A stretch of 64,000 nucleotides of DNA from Leucoraja erinacea (GCF_028641065.1 NC_073391.1:5332001-5396000), one strand, 5' to 3'. Shown: positions 7,854-21,979, counted from the first letter of the stretch. A program made the numbers and translations. The notes: generated by a model not told the origin, from the sequence alone.

Positions 7854-9305
7854 CAGTGCATTCAGAAAGTATTCAGACCACTTCACTTTTTCCACATTTT
7901 GTTATGTCGCAGCCTTATTTTAAAATGGATTAAATTTGTTTTTTTAAATCATCAATCTACACACAAAACCCCATAATAAAAAAGTGAAAGCAGGTGTTTA
8001 GAAATTTTTGCAAAGTAATTAAAAAGTAATAACGGAAATATCACATTTACATAAGTATTCCGACCCTTTACTCAGTACTTTGTTGAGGCACATTTGGCAG
8101 TGATTACAGCCTCAAGTCTTCTTGGATATGACTCCACAAGCGTGGCACACCTGTATTTGGGTAATTTGAGGAATAATATCCGTAATATGAGGAGGTAATA
8201 TCTGGGGAAGGACATTATTGCCATAGAGGGAGTGCAGAGACGGTTCACTAGACTGATTCCTGGGATGTCAGGACTGTCTTATGAAGAAAGACTGGATAGA
8301 CTTGGTTTATACTCTCTAGAATTTAGAAGATTGAGAGGGGATCTTATAGAAACTTACAAAATTCTTAAGGGGTTGGACAGGCTAGATGCAGGAAGATTGT
8401 TCCCGATGTTAGGGAAGTCCAGGACAAGGGGTCACAGCTTAAGGATAAAGGGGAAATCCTTTAAAACCGAGATGAGAAGAACTTTTTTCACGCAGAGAGT
8501 GGTGAATCTCTGGAACTCTCTGCCACAGAGGGTAGTTGAGGCCAGTTCATTGGCTATATTTAAGAGGGAGTTAGATGTGGCACTTGTGGCTAAGGGGATC
8601 AGGGGGTATGGAGAGAAGGCAGGTATGGGATACTGAGTTGGATGATCAGCCATGATCATATTGAATGGCGGTGCAGGCTCGAAGGGCCGAATGGCCTACT
8701 CCTGCACCTAATTTCTATGTTTCTATGTTTCTAATTTCTCCCATTTTTCTATGCAGATCCTCTCAAGCTCTGTCAGGTTGGATGGGGAGCGTCGATGCAC
8801 AGCTATTTTCAGGTCGCTCCAGAGATGTTCGATCGGGTTCAAGTCCGGGCGCTGGCTGGGCCACTCAAGGACATTCACAGACTTGTCACAAAGCCACTCC
8901 TGCGTTTTCTTGGCTGTGTGCTTAGGGTCGTTGTCCTGTTGGAAATTGAACCTCCACCCCAGTCTGACGTCCTGAATGCTCTGGAGCAGGTTTTCATCAA
9001 GGATTTCTCTGTACTTTGCTCCGTTCATCTTTCCCTTGATCCTGACCAGTCTCCCAGTTCCTGCCTCTGAAAAACATCCCCACAGCATGATGCTGCCACT
9101 GCCCTTGGAATGGTATTGGCCAGGTGATGAGCGGTGCCTGGTTTCCTCCAGATGTGACGCTTGGTATTCAGGCCAAAGAGTTCAATCTTGGTTTCATCAG
9201 ACCAGAGAATCTTGTTTCTCATGGTCTGAGACTCCTTTGGGTGCCTTTTGGCAAACTCCAAGCGGGCAGTCATGTGCCTTTTACTGAGGAGTGGCCATTC
9301 TACCA
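7854..9305 (-). mobile_element. Tc1/mariner (DD34E) transposon, truncated and interrupted by a CR1
   Basis: TA followed by CAGTGCATTCAGAAAGTATTCAGAC terminal repeat. Minus-strand WSDETKIE, WGCFS, FQQDNDPKH and PDLNPIEHLW motifs across a frameshift. Confidence 0.9.
8168..8730 (+). mobile_element. CR1 3' fragment inserted in the Tc1
   Basis: ORF 8232-8636 is the CR1 ORF2 C-terminus; (TTTCTATG)n tail; flanked by TAATTT on both sides. Confidence 0.9.
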
Positions 9306-10502
9306 TGCGTAAATCAAAGGAAGGTATTTGAAATAATAACTTGATTAAGCCATTAACACTGAAAATGTATCACCTTAGGCCTGAGCTGCAGAGCAGTGAA
9401 ATTGAGGCACGTGGCAGTGACTTTCTTTGATGTTATAGGTGTTGATTTCCTTCATCACAGTGAACATTATTAGTGGGACACTCACCGTGTGACCAATTGG
9501 TTAGTGCTGATGGACATGTGTTGTTCTCACACAACAGCTGGTGGTAGTGATTTCTGTGGATTGCTGATCTGATACCATTCATACTGAGCAAGGTCCTGGT
9601 GATGTATCTGACAGCAGGTGCCAGATGTCCATGGGGAACTCATGAAGGTTGCGGAGGAATCCTGTCCCAACACCGATGCTTACACCGATTCTCAGCGAAT
9701 TGCAGCCTTGTGGGTGATTGGGATTTCAGTTCATTTGGGAGTCTGTGCTAATTCATTGTAATGAGAATATAAAATCTGTCACGCAGATTGCCGTGGCTCA
9801 AACAGGTTTGGCTCCTTCCCTAATCCGCTGCCTTTGTACGCGGGATGAATGGTGGCTGTTCCACAGCGGTCCTGTGTGACGGGGGAGAGGAGAAGTCTCT
9901 GGTCAGCTGGAGTCAGCAAGTATATGCCACCTGTACCTCTGCCTGAAGATCAGAGACTTCACTTCTCCAAGGGCGTGGTGTCAGAGATCTACTGCAACCA
10001 CACAGCCATTCCAAAACCTCCCCGCATGTGACATGAAAGATCACAGCGACCTTCACCTCTGGCTCCTTGCAGGTTGGTGCTGGCGAGACCAGCATCCAGC
10101 ATCTGGCCCACTGCCATCCCAAAGAGAAATAAATTATTCCCCTTCAAGGATTCTTACTCCTGCTTCTGAAGCAGAGACCCCATCCACATGACCCATCACA
10201 CGTGGAGGTCCCCCACTAGAGAGTCGAGAGGGTCAGGAGTGCTTAATTGTCCTACGTACCAAAACAGAACAATGAAATTCTTACTTGCAGCAGCATAACA
10301 CCGGTGTAAACCAGAATAATGGCAATAACATTAGGAAACAGAATAAAGTTCAAGAAATAAAACCAATATTAGTGTAAAAAGAAACAAAAGCTTGAGATCC
10401 CCCATGCAACAAGACAGTTCATAGTTCGAAGTTTAGTTGGTGTTTGTAGTGTTCAATAGCAACAAGGATAATTGTTGGGAAGAAGCTGTTCCAAAACCTG
10501 GA

Positions 10503-10710
10503 AGGTAGACAAAAGTGCTGGAGAAACTCAGCGGGTGAGGCAGCATCTACGGAGCGAAGGAAATGGGCAACGTTTTGGGTCGAAACCCTTCTTCAGACCC
10601 GAAGCGTTGCCTATTTCCTTCGCTCCATAGATGCTGCCTCACCCACTGGGTTTCTCCAGCATATTTGTCTACCTTCAATTTTCCAGCATCGGCACTTCCT
10701 TCTTAAACCT
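10503..10710. repeat. Inverted pair of Penelope-terminus-derived repeat
   Basis: GGTAGACAAAAGTGCTGGAGAAACTCAGCGGGTGAGGCAGCATCT arm and its reverse complement. The same family follows the GIY-YIG remnant at 22642. Confidence 0.7.
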
Positions 10711-11944
10711 AAACCTGGGAGTCTCAGTTTTCAGAATCCTATACTTCTTCCCGATGGCAGGACAGTAATGAGTGTGTGGCCAGGCTGGTGTGGGTCCTTG
10801 ATGATACTGGTTGCCTCTTTTAGGCAGCGTCTCTTACAGACCCCTTTGATGGTGGGGAGGTCAATACCTGTGATGGACCTTTGATGGTGGGGAGGTCAGT
10901 GCCCGTGATGGATGTAGCAGTGTCCACTATTTTTTTCCAGGATATTCGATGTACTGAACCAGGCTGTGATGCAATCAAGCAAAACTATTCTCTGCAGCTT
11001 GCACAGTCTCGATATTGAACTGATGACCACTTATGTCAATCTTACTCTTGACTCACTTGCTACTCAGCAGCCTGCGTCTGGCCAGATGGGATTTGTTGGC
11101 ATTATGAAAGAGGAACGACACAGGGGTAAGAGAGCAGAAAGTGCGATATATGATTACACTGCCTCCAATTTGGAAATCAAAGGATATTGTGGCATTAGCA
11201 ATGAGCGTGATGAGAGAAGATGGATGACATGTAGACTTTAGACTTTGGAGATACAGCGCAGAAACTGGGCCTTCCACCCACTGAGTTCATGCCGACTGCC
11301 GGTCACCCTGTGGACTAACATTATCCTCAATTTTGACAATTTACTGAAGCCAATTAACTTAGAAACATGTACGTCTTTGGACATATGAGCCTCGATGATC
11401 TCTCCAGTTTCTGAGATGACCTCTCTATAGTCACCTGCACTGCCCTCTATGCAGCTGAACAAATCAGCAAGGAATTGCCAGGCTGACAGCAAACAGGGTC
11501 ATTGAAGATAAGAGTCAGCAAGTCATGATGCAGCTCAATAGGACTTTATTAATCAATTTACAGATCAGTCTGGAGAAGGGTTTCAGCCCGAAACGTTACC
11601 TATTTCCTTCACTCCATAGATGCTGCTGTACACGCTGAGTTTCTCCAGCATTTTTGTGTACCTAGGACTTTATTTAGGCTGGTTTGGAGTCATATGTGCA
11701 GTTCTGGTTGCACATTACCGTAGAGTTGTGGAAGCTTTGGAGAGGGTGCAGAGGAGGTTTACCAGAATGCTGCCTGGATTAAAAGGTTTTGCTACAGGGA
11801 GAGGTTGGATAGACGGATTGCTTTCTCTGGAACGTCAACTTGGGGGAAACATGATAGAAGTATGTAAAATTGTGAAAGACATAGATAGAGCAGAAATCAG
11901 AACCATGGTGGAAATGTCCAACACTAGAGGGCATAGCTTTAGTT

Positions 11945-12250
11945 TTGTTTAGAAATACAGAGCAGAAACAGGCCCTTTAGCCCACCGAGTCCGTGCCGAC
12001 CAGCGACCCCCGCACACTAACACTATCCTACACACACTAGAGACAATTTACAATCTTTACCGAAACCAATTAACCTACAAACCCGCACGTCTTTGGAGTG
12101 TGGGAGGAAACCGGAGCACCCGGAGAAAACCCACGCAGGTCACGGGGAGAATGTACAAACTCCACACAGGCAGCATCCGTGGTCAAGATTGATCCCAGGT
12201 CTCTGGCGCTGTGAGGCAGCAACTCTCCCGCTGTGCCACTGTGCCACCCA
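11945..12250 (-). mobile_element. tRNA-derived SINE (HE1/V-SINE-like)
   Basis: Reverse complement of the GGTGGCACAGTGG...GGTT tRNA-like head, shared core and (CTAAA)n tail; many copies in the window. Confidence 0.75.
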
Positions 12251-12659
12251 AAGCTATAAGGTGAGAGGGGGGAAAGTTCAATGGAGCTGTGTGGGGCATA
12301 TTTTTACATGGAGTAGTGGGGCCAGGATAGGTGAAGGAGGCCGATAAGAAAGTGGCTTGGAAGTATGGATTCAGAATAGGCTTACTGATTGGAGACAGAG
12401 GGTTGTGGTTGAAGGACAATATTCTGGCTTGATGTCTGGTGGGAATTTGTAGGAATCTGACTTCCGGTGGCGCTATGCTGGGATAACGACACGCTCTGCT
12501 GAGACTTACCGGCTGCTTGCGTCGAGGGGTGAGTGATGTCATCAGAACCCGACTCCGGTTGTTTAAATGTCGGTAAGTCGCACCCCCCCGAAAAAAACCG
12601 TTACGGGATGAGTAGGCCTGACTGAAGCCTCGGCCTCAATTTCAGCGCCGGCCCAAGAA

Positions 12660-13365
12660 GAAGCTTCTATACAACTTCGAGCGGCAGCATTTTGAAACAG
12701 TAATTCACGCCTTTATTTCATCTCGGCTGGATTACTGTAACGCGCTCTACTCTGGAGTCTCACGAGCTTCGTTGGCTCGTCTCCAGTTGGTCCAAAATGC
12801 TGCCGCTCGCCTTTTAACCGGAACTCGAAAGAGGGAGCACATTACGCCAATTTTGGCCTCCCTTCACTGGCTCCCAGTGCACTTTCGAGTTCATTTTAAA
12901 ATTATTTTATTTGTTTTTAAATCATTGAATGGCCTCGCCCCGCCTTACCTCTCTGAGCTGCTCCACCTATATGCTCCTACCCGGTGCCTCAGGTCAGCGG
13001 ATCAGCTGCTCCTTGAGGTACCAAGGTCTAAGCGGAAGCTCAGAGGGGATAGAGACTTTTCTGTTGCTGCCCCGGCACTCTGGAACACCTTGCCGCTGCA
13101 GATCAGACAGGCCCCTTCACTGTCCATCTTTAAATCCTCCCTAAAAACTCACTTTTATTCACTGGCTTTCGACACTGGCTGAGACATTGTTCCTGTTTTA
13201 GTGCTTTTAAATGTCTTTTAATTTTTACTGTTTTTATAGTCCTGTCGTCTTAATGGTTTTAGTAGTTTGTAATAACTTTTTTTTGACTTCCCATGTACAG
13301 CACTTTGTGGTAACTGATGTTGTCTAAAAGCGCTTTATAAATAAAGTTATTATTATTATTATTAT
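12660..13365 (+). mobile_element. L2 LINE 3' fragment
   Basis: IHAFISSRLDYCN...LQLVQNAAARLL...HITPILASLHWLPV peptide; tail TAAAAGCGCTTTATAAATAAAG(TTA)n. Confidence 0.9.
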
Positions 13366-13519
13366 TCCAAAGTTAAAGTTTAAAAAAGTCAGAATGGAGG
13401 AATTTTGAAATTCTTTCGAGTTCTTTGGGGAAGAACTCTCAACTATGAAGAAGGAATTAAAGAATTTGAAGGCAGAAATATCTACTGCCATCAGTAAAGA
13501 AATACCATCAGTAAAGAAA

Positions 13520-14130
13520 TATGCTTTCATAGGTCGAGGCATTGAATATAAGAGGCAGGATGGAAGTCCTGATGTGGCTTTATAGGACTTAGGTTAGGGT
13601 GCCTTTGGAGTATTGCATGTAAATCAGGTCGCCCCATTGAAGGAAGGAAGTGGAGTTCTTGGTGCAGAGAAGGTTTACCAGAATGCTGCCTGGGTTAGAG
13701 GGTATTAGCTACAGGGAGAAGTTGGACAAACCTGGATAGTTTTCGCTGGAATGCTAGAAGTGGCGTGGAGACCTGATAGAAGTATATAAAATGATGAGAA
13801 GCATGATTCTGAGCCAGAATCTTTTTCCTAGGATGGAAAAATCTAACACTCGAGGGCATAGGATTCAGTTGAGAGGGGCAAAGTTTAAAGGGGTTGTGCG
13901 GAGCAACTTTGTTTACATAGATGGTGGTGAGTGCATGGAACAGACTGCTGGGGTTGGGGGTTGAGGCAGATATGACAGTGGAATTTATGAGACCTTTGGA
14001 TGGGCATCTGAATACTTGAAATGGAGGAATATGAGTTATGTGCAGGCAGAATAGAGATGATCTCGGCATCATGTTTGGTACAAACATTGTGGTTTGAAGG
14101 AACTTGTTCTTGTGCTGTTCTTTCTATTGC
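13520..14130 (+). mobile_element. Degenerate CR1 3' fragment
   Basis: Nucleotide similarity to the other CR1 copies (AGGTTTACCAGAATGCTGCCTGG, GACCTGATAGAAGTATATAAAAT). Confidence 0.7.
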
Positions 14131-15419
14131 ATTTCTTTTGATGAAGAAACTCCGGCAATGCTATTGGGACAGGATTTCCAGGATTTGGATCCAGTAATGC
14201 TGCAGGAACACCAATATTTTTGAATTTCAGCAAATTTGTGGTAAATTTCGAACCATTCACAAATCTGGCAAAGATGTATAACATTGGTCTGTTATAGCTG
14301 TTTTGGGGATATTACCCTTAATGTGGAGAGAATTGGAATTTTAAGTTTGCCTAACCTAAATAGCGTATGCCTAAGAGGGGAACCCACCCATCGTGGTGTT
14401 GGCATGTGTCTGCCACGCTTCCCTTCCTTGACTGTGGAGATCGTGGCTTTGGGAAGTGTTGTCAAAGTAGATGGTACACTACATTATACTGCAGTCACAG
14501 TAAACGCGTGGTGAAAGAAGAGAATGTTTAGTTTGATAACAAGAAATAAGCATCAAAATAATCTTAGTTAAGAACCTGTGGGAAAACAATCATATTAAAA
14601 CAACTCAGACAAAACAGCAAATTACATTGTTCTGCCCAATTAAATTGAGTGCTACTATACTTAAGTGGCAATATGAATGCAAAGTCATTATCTCTCTTCA
14701 GGGAAGGCTGAGCTCGATCCTGTGAGTGCATCGGTTTCTGAGCATCAGTGACATTTCTAATGAAAGAAAATTGTCGATCGGCTTGTCAGTTCTTATCAGT
14801 CGTTAGAAAATGAAAAACAGAACAGCATAGCTGTGTTTTGGTCCGAGGCAGATAATTGTGTTTTAAAATCAGAGGTAGTAATTAGTCTTGAGATGCTGCT
14901 GAATAAAGAACTGGAATTCAGATGCAGAGACAGATGGTGGCATTAGACAATGGAGGGACTGAAAGGAGGAAATCATTGGGAAATGAAGCTCTGAATGTAG
15001 GAGGAGGATGAGGACCTCTGGGAATAGGGGTCAGAGTGAGGAATGATGAAACACTGTCAATATCATTCAAAGCATCAGTGCTGCTCCTTCCAGTTGGATT
15101 GAAATGGCTGCTCTGGAGATTTTACTTGCGAACATCAATAAGGGCTTTTGGTTTGGGAGGAGTGATTTTGAAGTTGCAGAATTTGCTGTGCGCGTCCATG
15201 ACAGGAAATTTGCAGCCACTTTCATGCATCCAGGAGGGGTTGCATGTCCAGAAAGCTGTGTGGACCTCAATTTTCTGTCACACAATTCCTTTTTATCCCA
15301 CGGAATCCCAGTGGGGGGGACCTGACGATGTTCAAAGACTCATCTTGGACCTGATCAAATACGTCACGATTATGACCGCCTCAGAGAAAGTGCGTGGAGG
15401 AGCGTGTTCCTACCGATAT

Positions 15420-16310
15420 AGGGCCTGTCCCACTTAGGTGACATTGTAGGCTAGTGCAGGAGACTCTGCGCTCGCCACATGGTCGCCACATGTTCGCTGG
15501 TGGTCTCTGGTGAGTCTCCTTCATGGTCGCGAGGAGTTCCCGCATTCTGGGAAATAGAAATGTTTCTGCGACCAAAAATTGGCCGCCATGGAGAAAATCG
15601 ATAATCCTGTAGTCGTAGGTGCAGTTGTAGTGGGGTCGCCATGTAGTTGTAGTTAGTTGAGGTAGTCTTAGGTAGTTTTAGTCAATCGCCTTTGCTAACC
15701 GGGCATTTTCATTGGTTCATTGGGGGAAAAAAACTGAAAGCATTAGTTTTCAGAAGGTAACCAACCGGTAATGTTAAATGTCCGCCGAACTTCACAGCTG
15801 TGTATCTCTGGCTTATTAAAAGTTGTCTGGCTTTTTAAAGGTTGTCTCCACTCCTTCTCCCCCCTTCTCCCCCCTTCGCCCCCCCCTCTTTTAAAGGACT
15901 TACCGTACACTATGCTAGCCATCTTAATAACAGCGCCAACCTTCCTATTCATTGCGGTGTGTGTCTGTATCACCTTGGCTTTGCACCGTGTGAATTTCAG
16001 ACAGCGTTCCCCCCGNNNNNNNNNNNNNNNNNNNNNNNNNNNNNNNNNNNNNNNNNNNNNNNNNNNNNNNNNNNNNNNNNNNNNNNNNNNNNNNNNNNNN
16101 NNNNNNNNNNNNNNNNNNNNNNNNNNNNNNNNNNNNNNNNNNNNNNNNNNNNNNNNNNNNNNNNNNNNNNNNNNNNNNNNNNNNNNNNNNNNNNNNNNNN
16201 NNNNNNNNNNNNNNNNNNNNNNNTTCCAGTTCCGTGTTTTTCAGGCGATTGCCGGCAACTTGACAGCCGCTGGCAGTCCGCTGAAAAATCGCTTAAGTGG
16301 GACGGACCCA
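15420..16310. mobile_element. Harbinger-type MITE(s), gap-interrupted
   Basis: AGGGCCTGTCCCACTT at the left and AAGTGGGACGGACCCA at the right; spans an N gap, so this may be more than one element. Confidence 0.6.
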
Positions 16311-18380
16311 TGAGACTATCGCTGGAGGACCACAATCGATTGAGGACGAGATCTGTTGCAAGCATGTCACTGGATGTATAGTTATGCAAGATGTCCAAGC
16401 ATGACCTCAAGAAGACCATCGAGAATGCAAAGAGATATTTCTGGTTTAAAGTGGAGGCTTAAGCGGATGTTTGACAATTGTGACAATTGAGTGATGGAGT
16501 ACAGAAACAGGCCCCTCAGCCCAACTCGTCCATGCTGATCAACATGCCCCATCTAAGCTAGTCCCATTTGCCCACATTTGGTCCATAGCCCTCTAATCCT
16601 TGTCTATTCATTATTTCATTACATCCGACAAAGAAGCTCAAGTTAAAACAACACATCACTCCATGTATGAGCTCAATGCTTTTTCTACTGACTTCAAAAT
16701 GGACAACTATGATGTAGCTTCACGAGCCCCCACATCTTCCGACAACCCTATTGTCATCAGTCTCCAAGGCCAATGTCCGAAGACCCTTCCTGAGGGTGAA
16801 CACTGGGAAAGCATCCAGCCCTGATGGTGCAACAGTCTGCATTTTTAACACTTGCGCAGCACAACAGGCAGGAGTTTTCAAGGGCATCTTCAGCTTCTCA
16901 CTACTGCAGTCCATGGTCCCCACATGGTGTTAAAGGACATCCATAATACTGGTGCCCAAGAAGAGAAAGGTGAAATGACCAATGACTACTTGGTAGTACG
17001 TCATTATGAAGTACTTCAAGAGGTTGATTAAGACGTTAATCAACTGCTGCCTTGGGAATGATTGGGATGCACTTTATGGAACATAGAACATTACAGCAGA
17101 GGAACAGGTCCTTTGGCCATCAATGTCCGGGCCAAACATGGTGCCAAGTTAAACTAATCGCTATATCACAAACAATACCGATCCCTGTGAAACTCCACTC
17201 ATGAACGATCTCCAGCCAGAGGAGCTCCCTTCCATCACAATCCTACCGTATACGAGTAAACCAGTTCTGAATCCAAACGACCAACTTGCCATGCATCCTA
17301 TGCATCTTAATCTTCCAGATCAGTGTACCATGGGGGACTTTATCAAATGCCTTACTAAAACTCATGTAGACAACATCAACTGCCCTCGTTGATCCATTCA
17401 ATCTGTCTAGTGACATAACAGATCAACAGTGGGTGTGATCTCGCTGGCTCTCCACTTTGCGCTGGACCAGTTGGTCAACAGATACCTCAGGCTGTTGTTT
17501 GACTACAGCTTGGTGTTCAACACCATCATCCCTTCTAAACTCATCATCAAGCTCAGGGAGCTGGCTCTCCAATCCTCCTTCTGCTCTCAACTTCCTCATT
17601 GCCAGAACTCAATCAGTATGAATTGATACCACCTCCACCTCGTTGACGATAAGCACAGGTGCACGTCAAGGCTGCGTGCTCTTCCCCCAGCCTCACTCTT
17701 GCCACATAAATGACCGTATCGCTAGACACAGCTCCAACGCCATCTTTAACTTTCCAAACAAAATTACTGATATTGGACGAATAACGGGTAATGATAAATC
17801 AGAGTACCAGAAAGAGATCAAGAATCTGGTTTGAATGTTACCAGAACATCAATCTTGCTCTTGAGGTTAACAAGGCCAAGAAGCTAATGGTTGACATCAG
17901 AGGCCATGCACTTGTCTTCATTGTTGCGATAGTGAGGAGAGAATCATCAGTGTCAAGTTCCTGGGTGTACAGATCGCCGATGATCTGCCCTGGGCAACTA
18001 CAGAGAAAGCTCAACAACCTTATACATCCTCAGATGTTTGAGGAGATTTGGCATATCGCAGAATACTCTATACACCTTCTGCAAGTGATCTGTGGAGAGC
18101 ATGCTGACTGGATGTATCATGGCCTGGTTCGGGAATTTGAGCACTCAAGGACGATGGATACTGCAGATAGTGATGGACGTAGCCCGGTCCATCACAAGTA
18201 TTGACGTCACCATCATCCAAGTGATCTATGGGAAGTGGGGCCTCAAGGAGGCAGCTGATAATATCAAAATCCCACATCACCCTGGCCACGCTCTCATCTC
18301 GCTGTTGCCATTGGGAAGATGATACAGGAGCCTGAGAGACATTATCCCAGCTTTTTCCCAACAACCATCAGGTTCTTGAA
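16311..18380 (+). pseudogene. Highly degenerate Rex1/Babar-like LINE remnant
   Basis: Broken peptides LLFDYSLVFNTIIPSKL, STGARQGCVL and IKIPHHPGHAL match the cleaner copy at 55538-57619. Confidence 0.7.
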
Positions 18381-18396
18381 CCATGCTGCATAATCT

Positions 18397-18720
18397 GGCG
18401 GCATTGTAGCGTGGCGGTAGAGCTACTGCCTTACAGCACCAGAGACCCGGGTTCCAGCCTGACTATGGGTGCTTGTCTGCACATAGTTTGTACGTTCTCC
18501 CCGTGACCTGCATTGGTTTTCGCCAAGATCTTCGGTTTCCTCCCACACTGAAAGACGTACAGGTTTGTAGGTTAAATGGCTTAATATAAATGTATAAGTG
18601 TTAAATTGTCTCTCGTGTGTTTAGGGTAGTCTTAATATGCAGGGAATGCTGTTTGGTGCGGACTCCGTTGTCCAAAGGGCCTGTTTCCATTCTGTATCTC
18701 TAAACTAAACTAAACTAAAC
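18397..18720 (+). mobile_element. tRNA-derived SINE (HE1/V-SINE-like)
   Basis: A/B-box-like head (GCGTGGCGGTAGAG...GGGTTCCAGCC), shared core, (CTAAA)n tail. Confidence 0.78.
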
Positions 18721-19540
18721 CTGAACCACAATGCTACAGTATCTCAGCTCTGAACTACTATGCATTATGAACAACAAAGATTGCACCATGTACTTTGACT
18801 TGCACTATCACGGACTTGTTCACTGTAATGCTGATAATTGATTGCATATTTATTTGTTGTGCTGTTGCATTTAATGTGCCTGTAAAGCTGCAGCAAGGAA
18901 GAATGTTGTTATTCCCAGTGCATATGGCAATAAAACATTCTTGACATTTATAAGTGTAATGAATTCCCGCAGGAAGTTTTTCACTCAACACTAAAATTGA
19001 TGGTATAGTTAGTGGACAGTGAAGAAAGTTTTCTAAGTTTACAATGGGGTCTTGATCAATCGGGCCAGTGAGCCGAAGAATGGCAGATGCAGTTTAATTC
19101 AGAGAAGCGTGAGGTGTTAGACAAACGAGAACAGTGAATGCTAAGGTACTGGGGAGTGTTGTAGAGTAGTGAGATCTTGAGGTGCAGGTTCATAGTTCCA
19201 TGAAAATAGGGGCACAGGTGAGCAGGGTGACAAAGAAGACATGTGGCATGCTTGCACTCAGCGGCCAAGGCTTTAGGTACAGGGCTAGGATGTCATGATA
19301 CATCTGTATACAACAATGATAGGGCAACATTTGGTGTATCAGGTACAGTTCCAGCTGCCTTGCTGCAGGAAACATATCATTAAATTAGAAAGGATTCAAA
19401 AATGACTTTTGAGGATGCTACTGTGTCTGGAAGGTTTGAGTTATAAAGAGAGACAATGAAGCCAGAATTAGTTTCCTGGAGGCTGAGGGTGAGTTTACAG
19501 GGGCTTGTAAAACCATTGAGGGCACATATAAGGTGCATAG

Positions 19541-19975
19541 CATAGAAACATAGAAACATGGAAAATTAGTGCAGGAGTAGGCCATTCGGCCCTTTGAGCC
19601 AGCATCTCCATTCAATATGATCATGGCTGATCATCCAAAATCTGTACCCCGTTCCTGCTTTCTCCCCATATCCATTGATTCCATTAGCCCTAAGAGCTAT
19701 ATCTAACTCTCTTGAAAACATCCAGTGAATTGGCCTCCCCTGCCTGCCATGGCAGAGAATTCCACAGATTCACAACTCTCTGGGTGAAAAAGTGTTTCCT
19801 CATCTCAGTCCTAAATTGCTGACCCCTTATTCTTAAACTGTGACCCCTGGTTCTGGACTCCCCCAAAATCGGGAATATTTTCCTGCATCTAGCCTGTCCA
19901 ATCCCTTAAGAATGCTATATGCTTCTATGATCCCCTCTTATCGTTCTGAATTCCAGTGAAAGCAAGCCCAGTCGG
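19541..19975 (-). mobile_element. CR1 3' fragment nested in an older CR1 (about 19000-20295)
   Basis: (CATAGAAA)n tail and 3' UTR on the minus strand. Confidence 0.8.
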
Positions 19976-20329
19976 CACCATGCTCATTACACCAGGGTGT
20001 GGGTGTCTAAAACCAGAGCACATTGGTTTGTGGTGAGAAGGGAAAGATTTAGACAGGACCTGGTCAATTTTTTCTCACAGTGTGTTTATGGTACAAGCTG
20101 CCAGAGGAAGTGGTAGTGACACACGCAATGATGACATTTAGAAGAGACTTGGACAGTTACATGGAAAGGAGAGGTTTGGAAGGATATGGGCCAGGTGCAC
20201 AAAAATGGGATGAACTTGTGTAGGCAACTTGGTCAGCATGGAATAGTTGGGCCCAAGGGTCTGTTTTCACACTGTACAGCTCTTTGACTCCATAACAGCA
20301 AGGCTGGTGCCATCTTGGGGAACGGCTGC

Positions 20330-21286
20330 TAACCAGTCCATCCGTTTAATTCACTTTTTTTTTGCAGTTTTTAGTAAGTCCTGCGCTTCGTCTGTTGGAG
20401 AATGGATTTTTTTAATGTGGGGGGAAGGGGGTAATTTTACTTCTAGGTCCCTACCTGGTCGGTGAGGCAGCTTTTTCTCCGGGCTGCCCCGTCGACCCGT
20501 CCTCGTGGCCTACCAGCGGGCGTGGAGCGCCGTTTCCTGGCGGGGACCGCCCAGCACCTCGGCTTCGTTGGCGGCACAGCGCTGGAGCACTATCGCGGAG
20601 CGGAGCGGGCGATGCCTTGCCTGGGTCGCCGCGCTGGATCGACGCGCTGGAGCTCCGGTGAGCTGTGACCGCCGAGATCAACACCTCCGGGCTGCGGGTC
20701 TGCGGAGCGGAGCGGGCGGCGCCGACTGTAACATCGGGAGCCTGGGAGCTCCAAACCGGCGCGGCCTTGTCGGCTTCGGAAGCCGCGGTCCCCAGCTAGG
20801 AAGCGGCCGTTCCAGGTGGCCCAGCCGCTGTGAGGACTCTCCCGACGCCGGGGCAACACCACCCGGCCAGAGCGGCCAGGAACATCAGGCCTCCGTAGAG
20901 GCAATAGCGGAGGCCTCAATAGGCCTGACTTTGGGTGAACTGGGGATGGGGACTGGACATTGTGCCTTCCCCCACAGTGGTATAACCATTGTGGGGGGAT
21001 GATTTTTTTTTGTGTAAGTTAATATGTTAGTCTGTGTCCAAGATGGCTGTCGGAAGGGAGAGTGGACGCTGGCGCGCTTTAGCTGCCGCTGCTCTCTCTT
21101 CACATTGTGTTTTTTGATTTTTTGTCTTTGGAGCGATTTCTGTCTTTAATTTGTGTATTGGTGATGTCGTTATTATTTATTTTACTCCGACTATATGTTT
21201 TTTCTCTTCTGTTAATTTCTGTAAGGTGTCCTTGAGACTTTGAAAGGCGCCCGAAAATAAAATTTATTATTATTATTGTTATTATT
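20330..21286 (+). mobile_element. GC-rich non-autonomous retroelement with L2-type tail
   Basis: Ends TGTAAGGTGTCCTTGAG...GAAAGGCGCCC...AAATAAAAT(TTA)n; no credible ORF; 5' boundary approximate. Confidence 0.5.
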
Positions 21287-21622
21287 AGAGTCCTAGAGTG
21301 ATATAGCGTGGAAACAGGCCCTTCGACCCAACTTGCCTACTCTGGTCAATATGTCCCAGACACACTAGTTCCACCATATCCCTCAAAACCTGTCCTACCC
21401 TTGTACCTGTCTAATGTTTCTTAAACATTGTGATAGTCCCTGCTTCAATTACCTCCTCTGGCAGCTTGTTCCATACACCCACCACCCTTTGTGTGAGAAA
21501 GTTACCCCTCAGATTCCTATTAAATCTTTTTTGCTTCACCTTAAACCTATGTCCTCTGATCCTCGATTCCCCTACTCTGGGCAAGAAACTTTGTGTATCT
21601 ACCCGGTCTATTCCTCTCATGA
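21287..21622 (-). mobile_element. CR1 (HER1-like) 3' fragment
   Basis: Peptide RGNFLTQRVVGVWNKLPEEV on the minus strand. Confidence 0.8.
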
Positions 21623-21979
21623 TGTTACACGCATGATTTTATATAATGGCAAGGAAATTCTGACTGTATTATAGGTGGAAGAGAAAGAGTTAGAATTTTA
21701 ATTAATTTGAAATGGATATGTATTGCTATACAAGTATTAATGGGAGAAATTACCTTGTCAGACTCCCTTAAGTGACGTCCTGCTGTGAACCTACGATTGT
21801 TGTCTTTGTTGTGATTGAATCAAATGAACACAGGTATCATTTTCTCAATATCATTAATGTACAAGAGTTTAGCATTGTGCACTATTCTCATTTCCTTAAT
21901 AATGACTGAAATTGGTTCAAACATTTTCCACGTACATCATGTCCAACTGGGAACTAATCATACACCAGTTTTTTACAAT

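Noticed and set aside
9480-10130. Possible exon or ancient conserved SINE
   Set aside because: No recognisable peptide, consistent splice pair or repeat family could be supported by eye.
20451-21103. GC-rich overlapping ORFs / CpG-island promoter
   Set aside because: Lies within a repeat ending in an L2-type tail; the ORFs reflect high GC content only.
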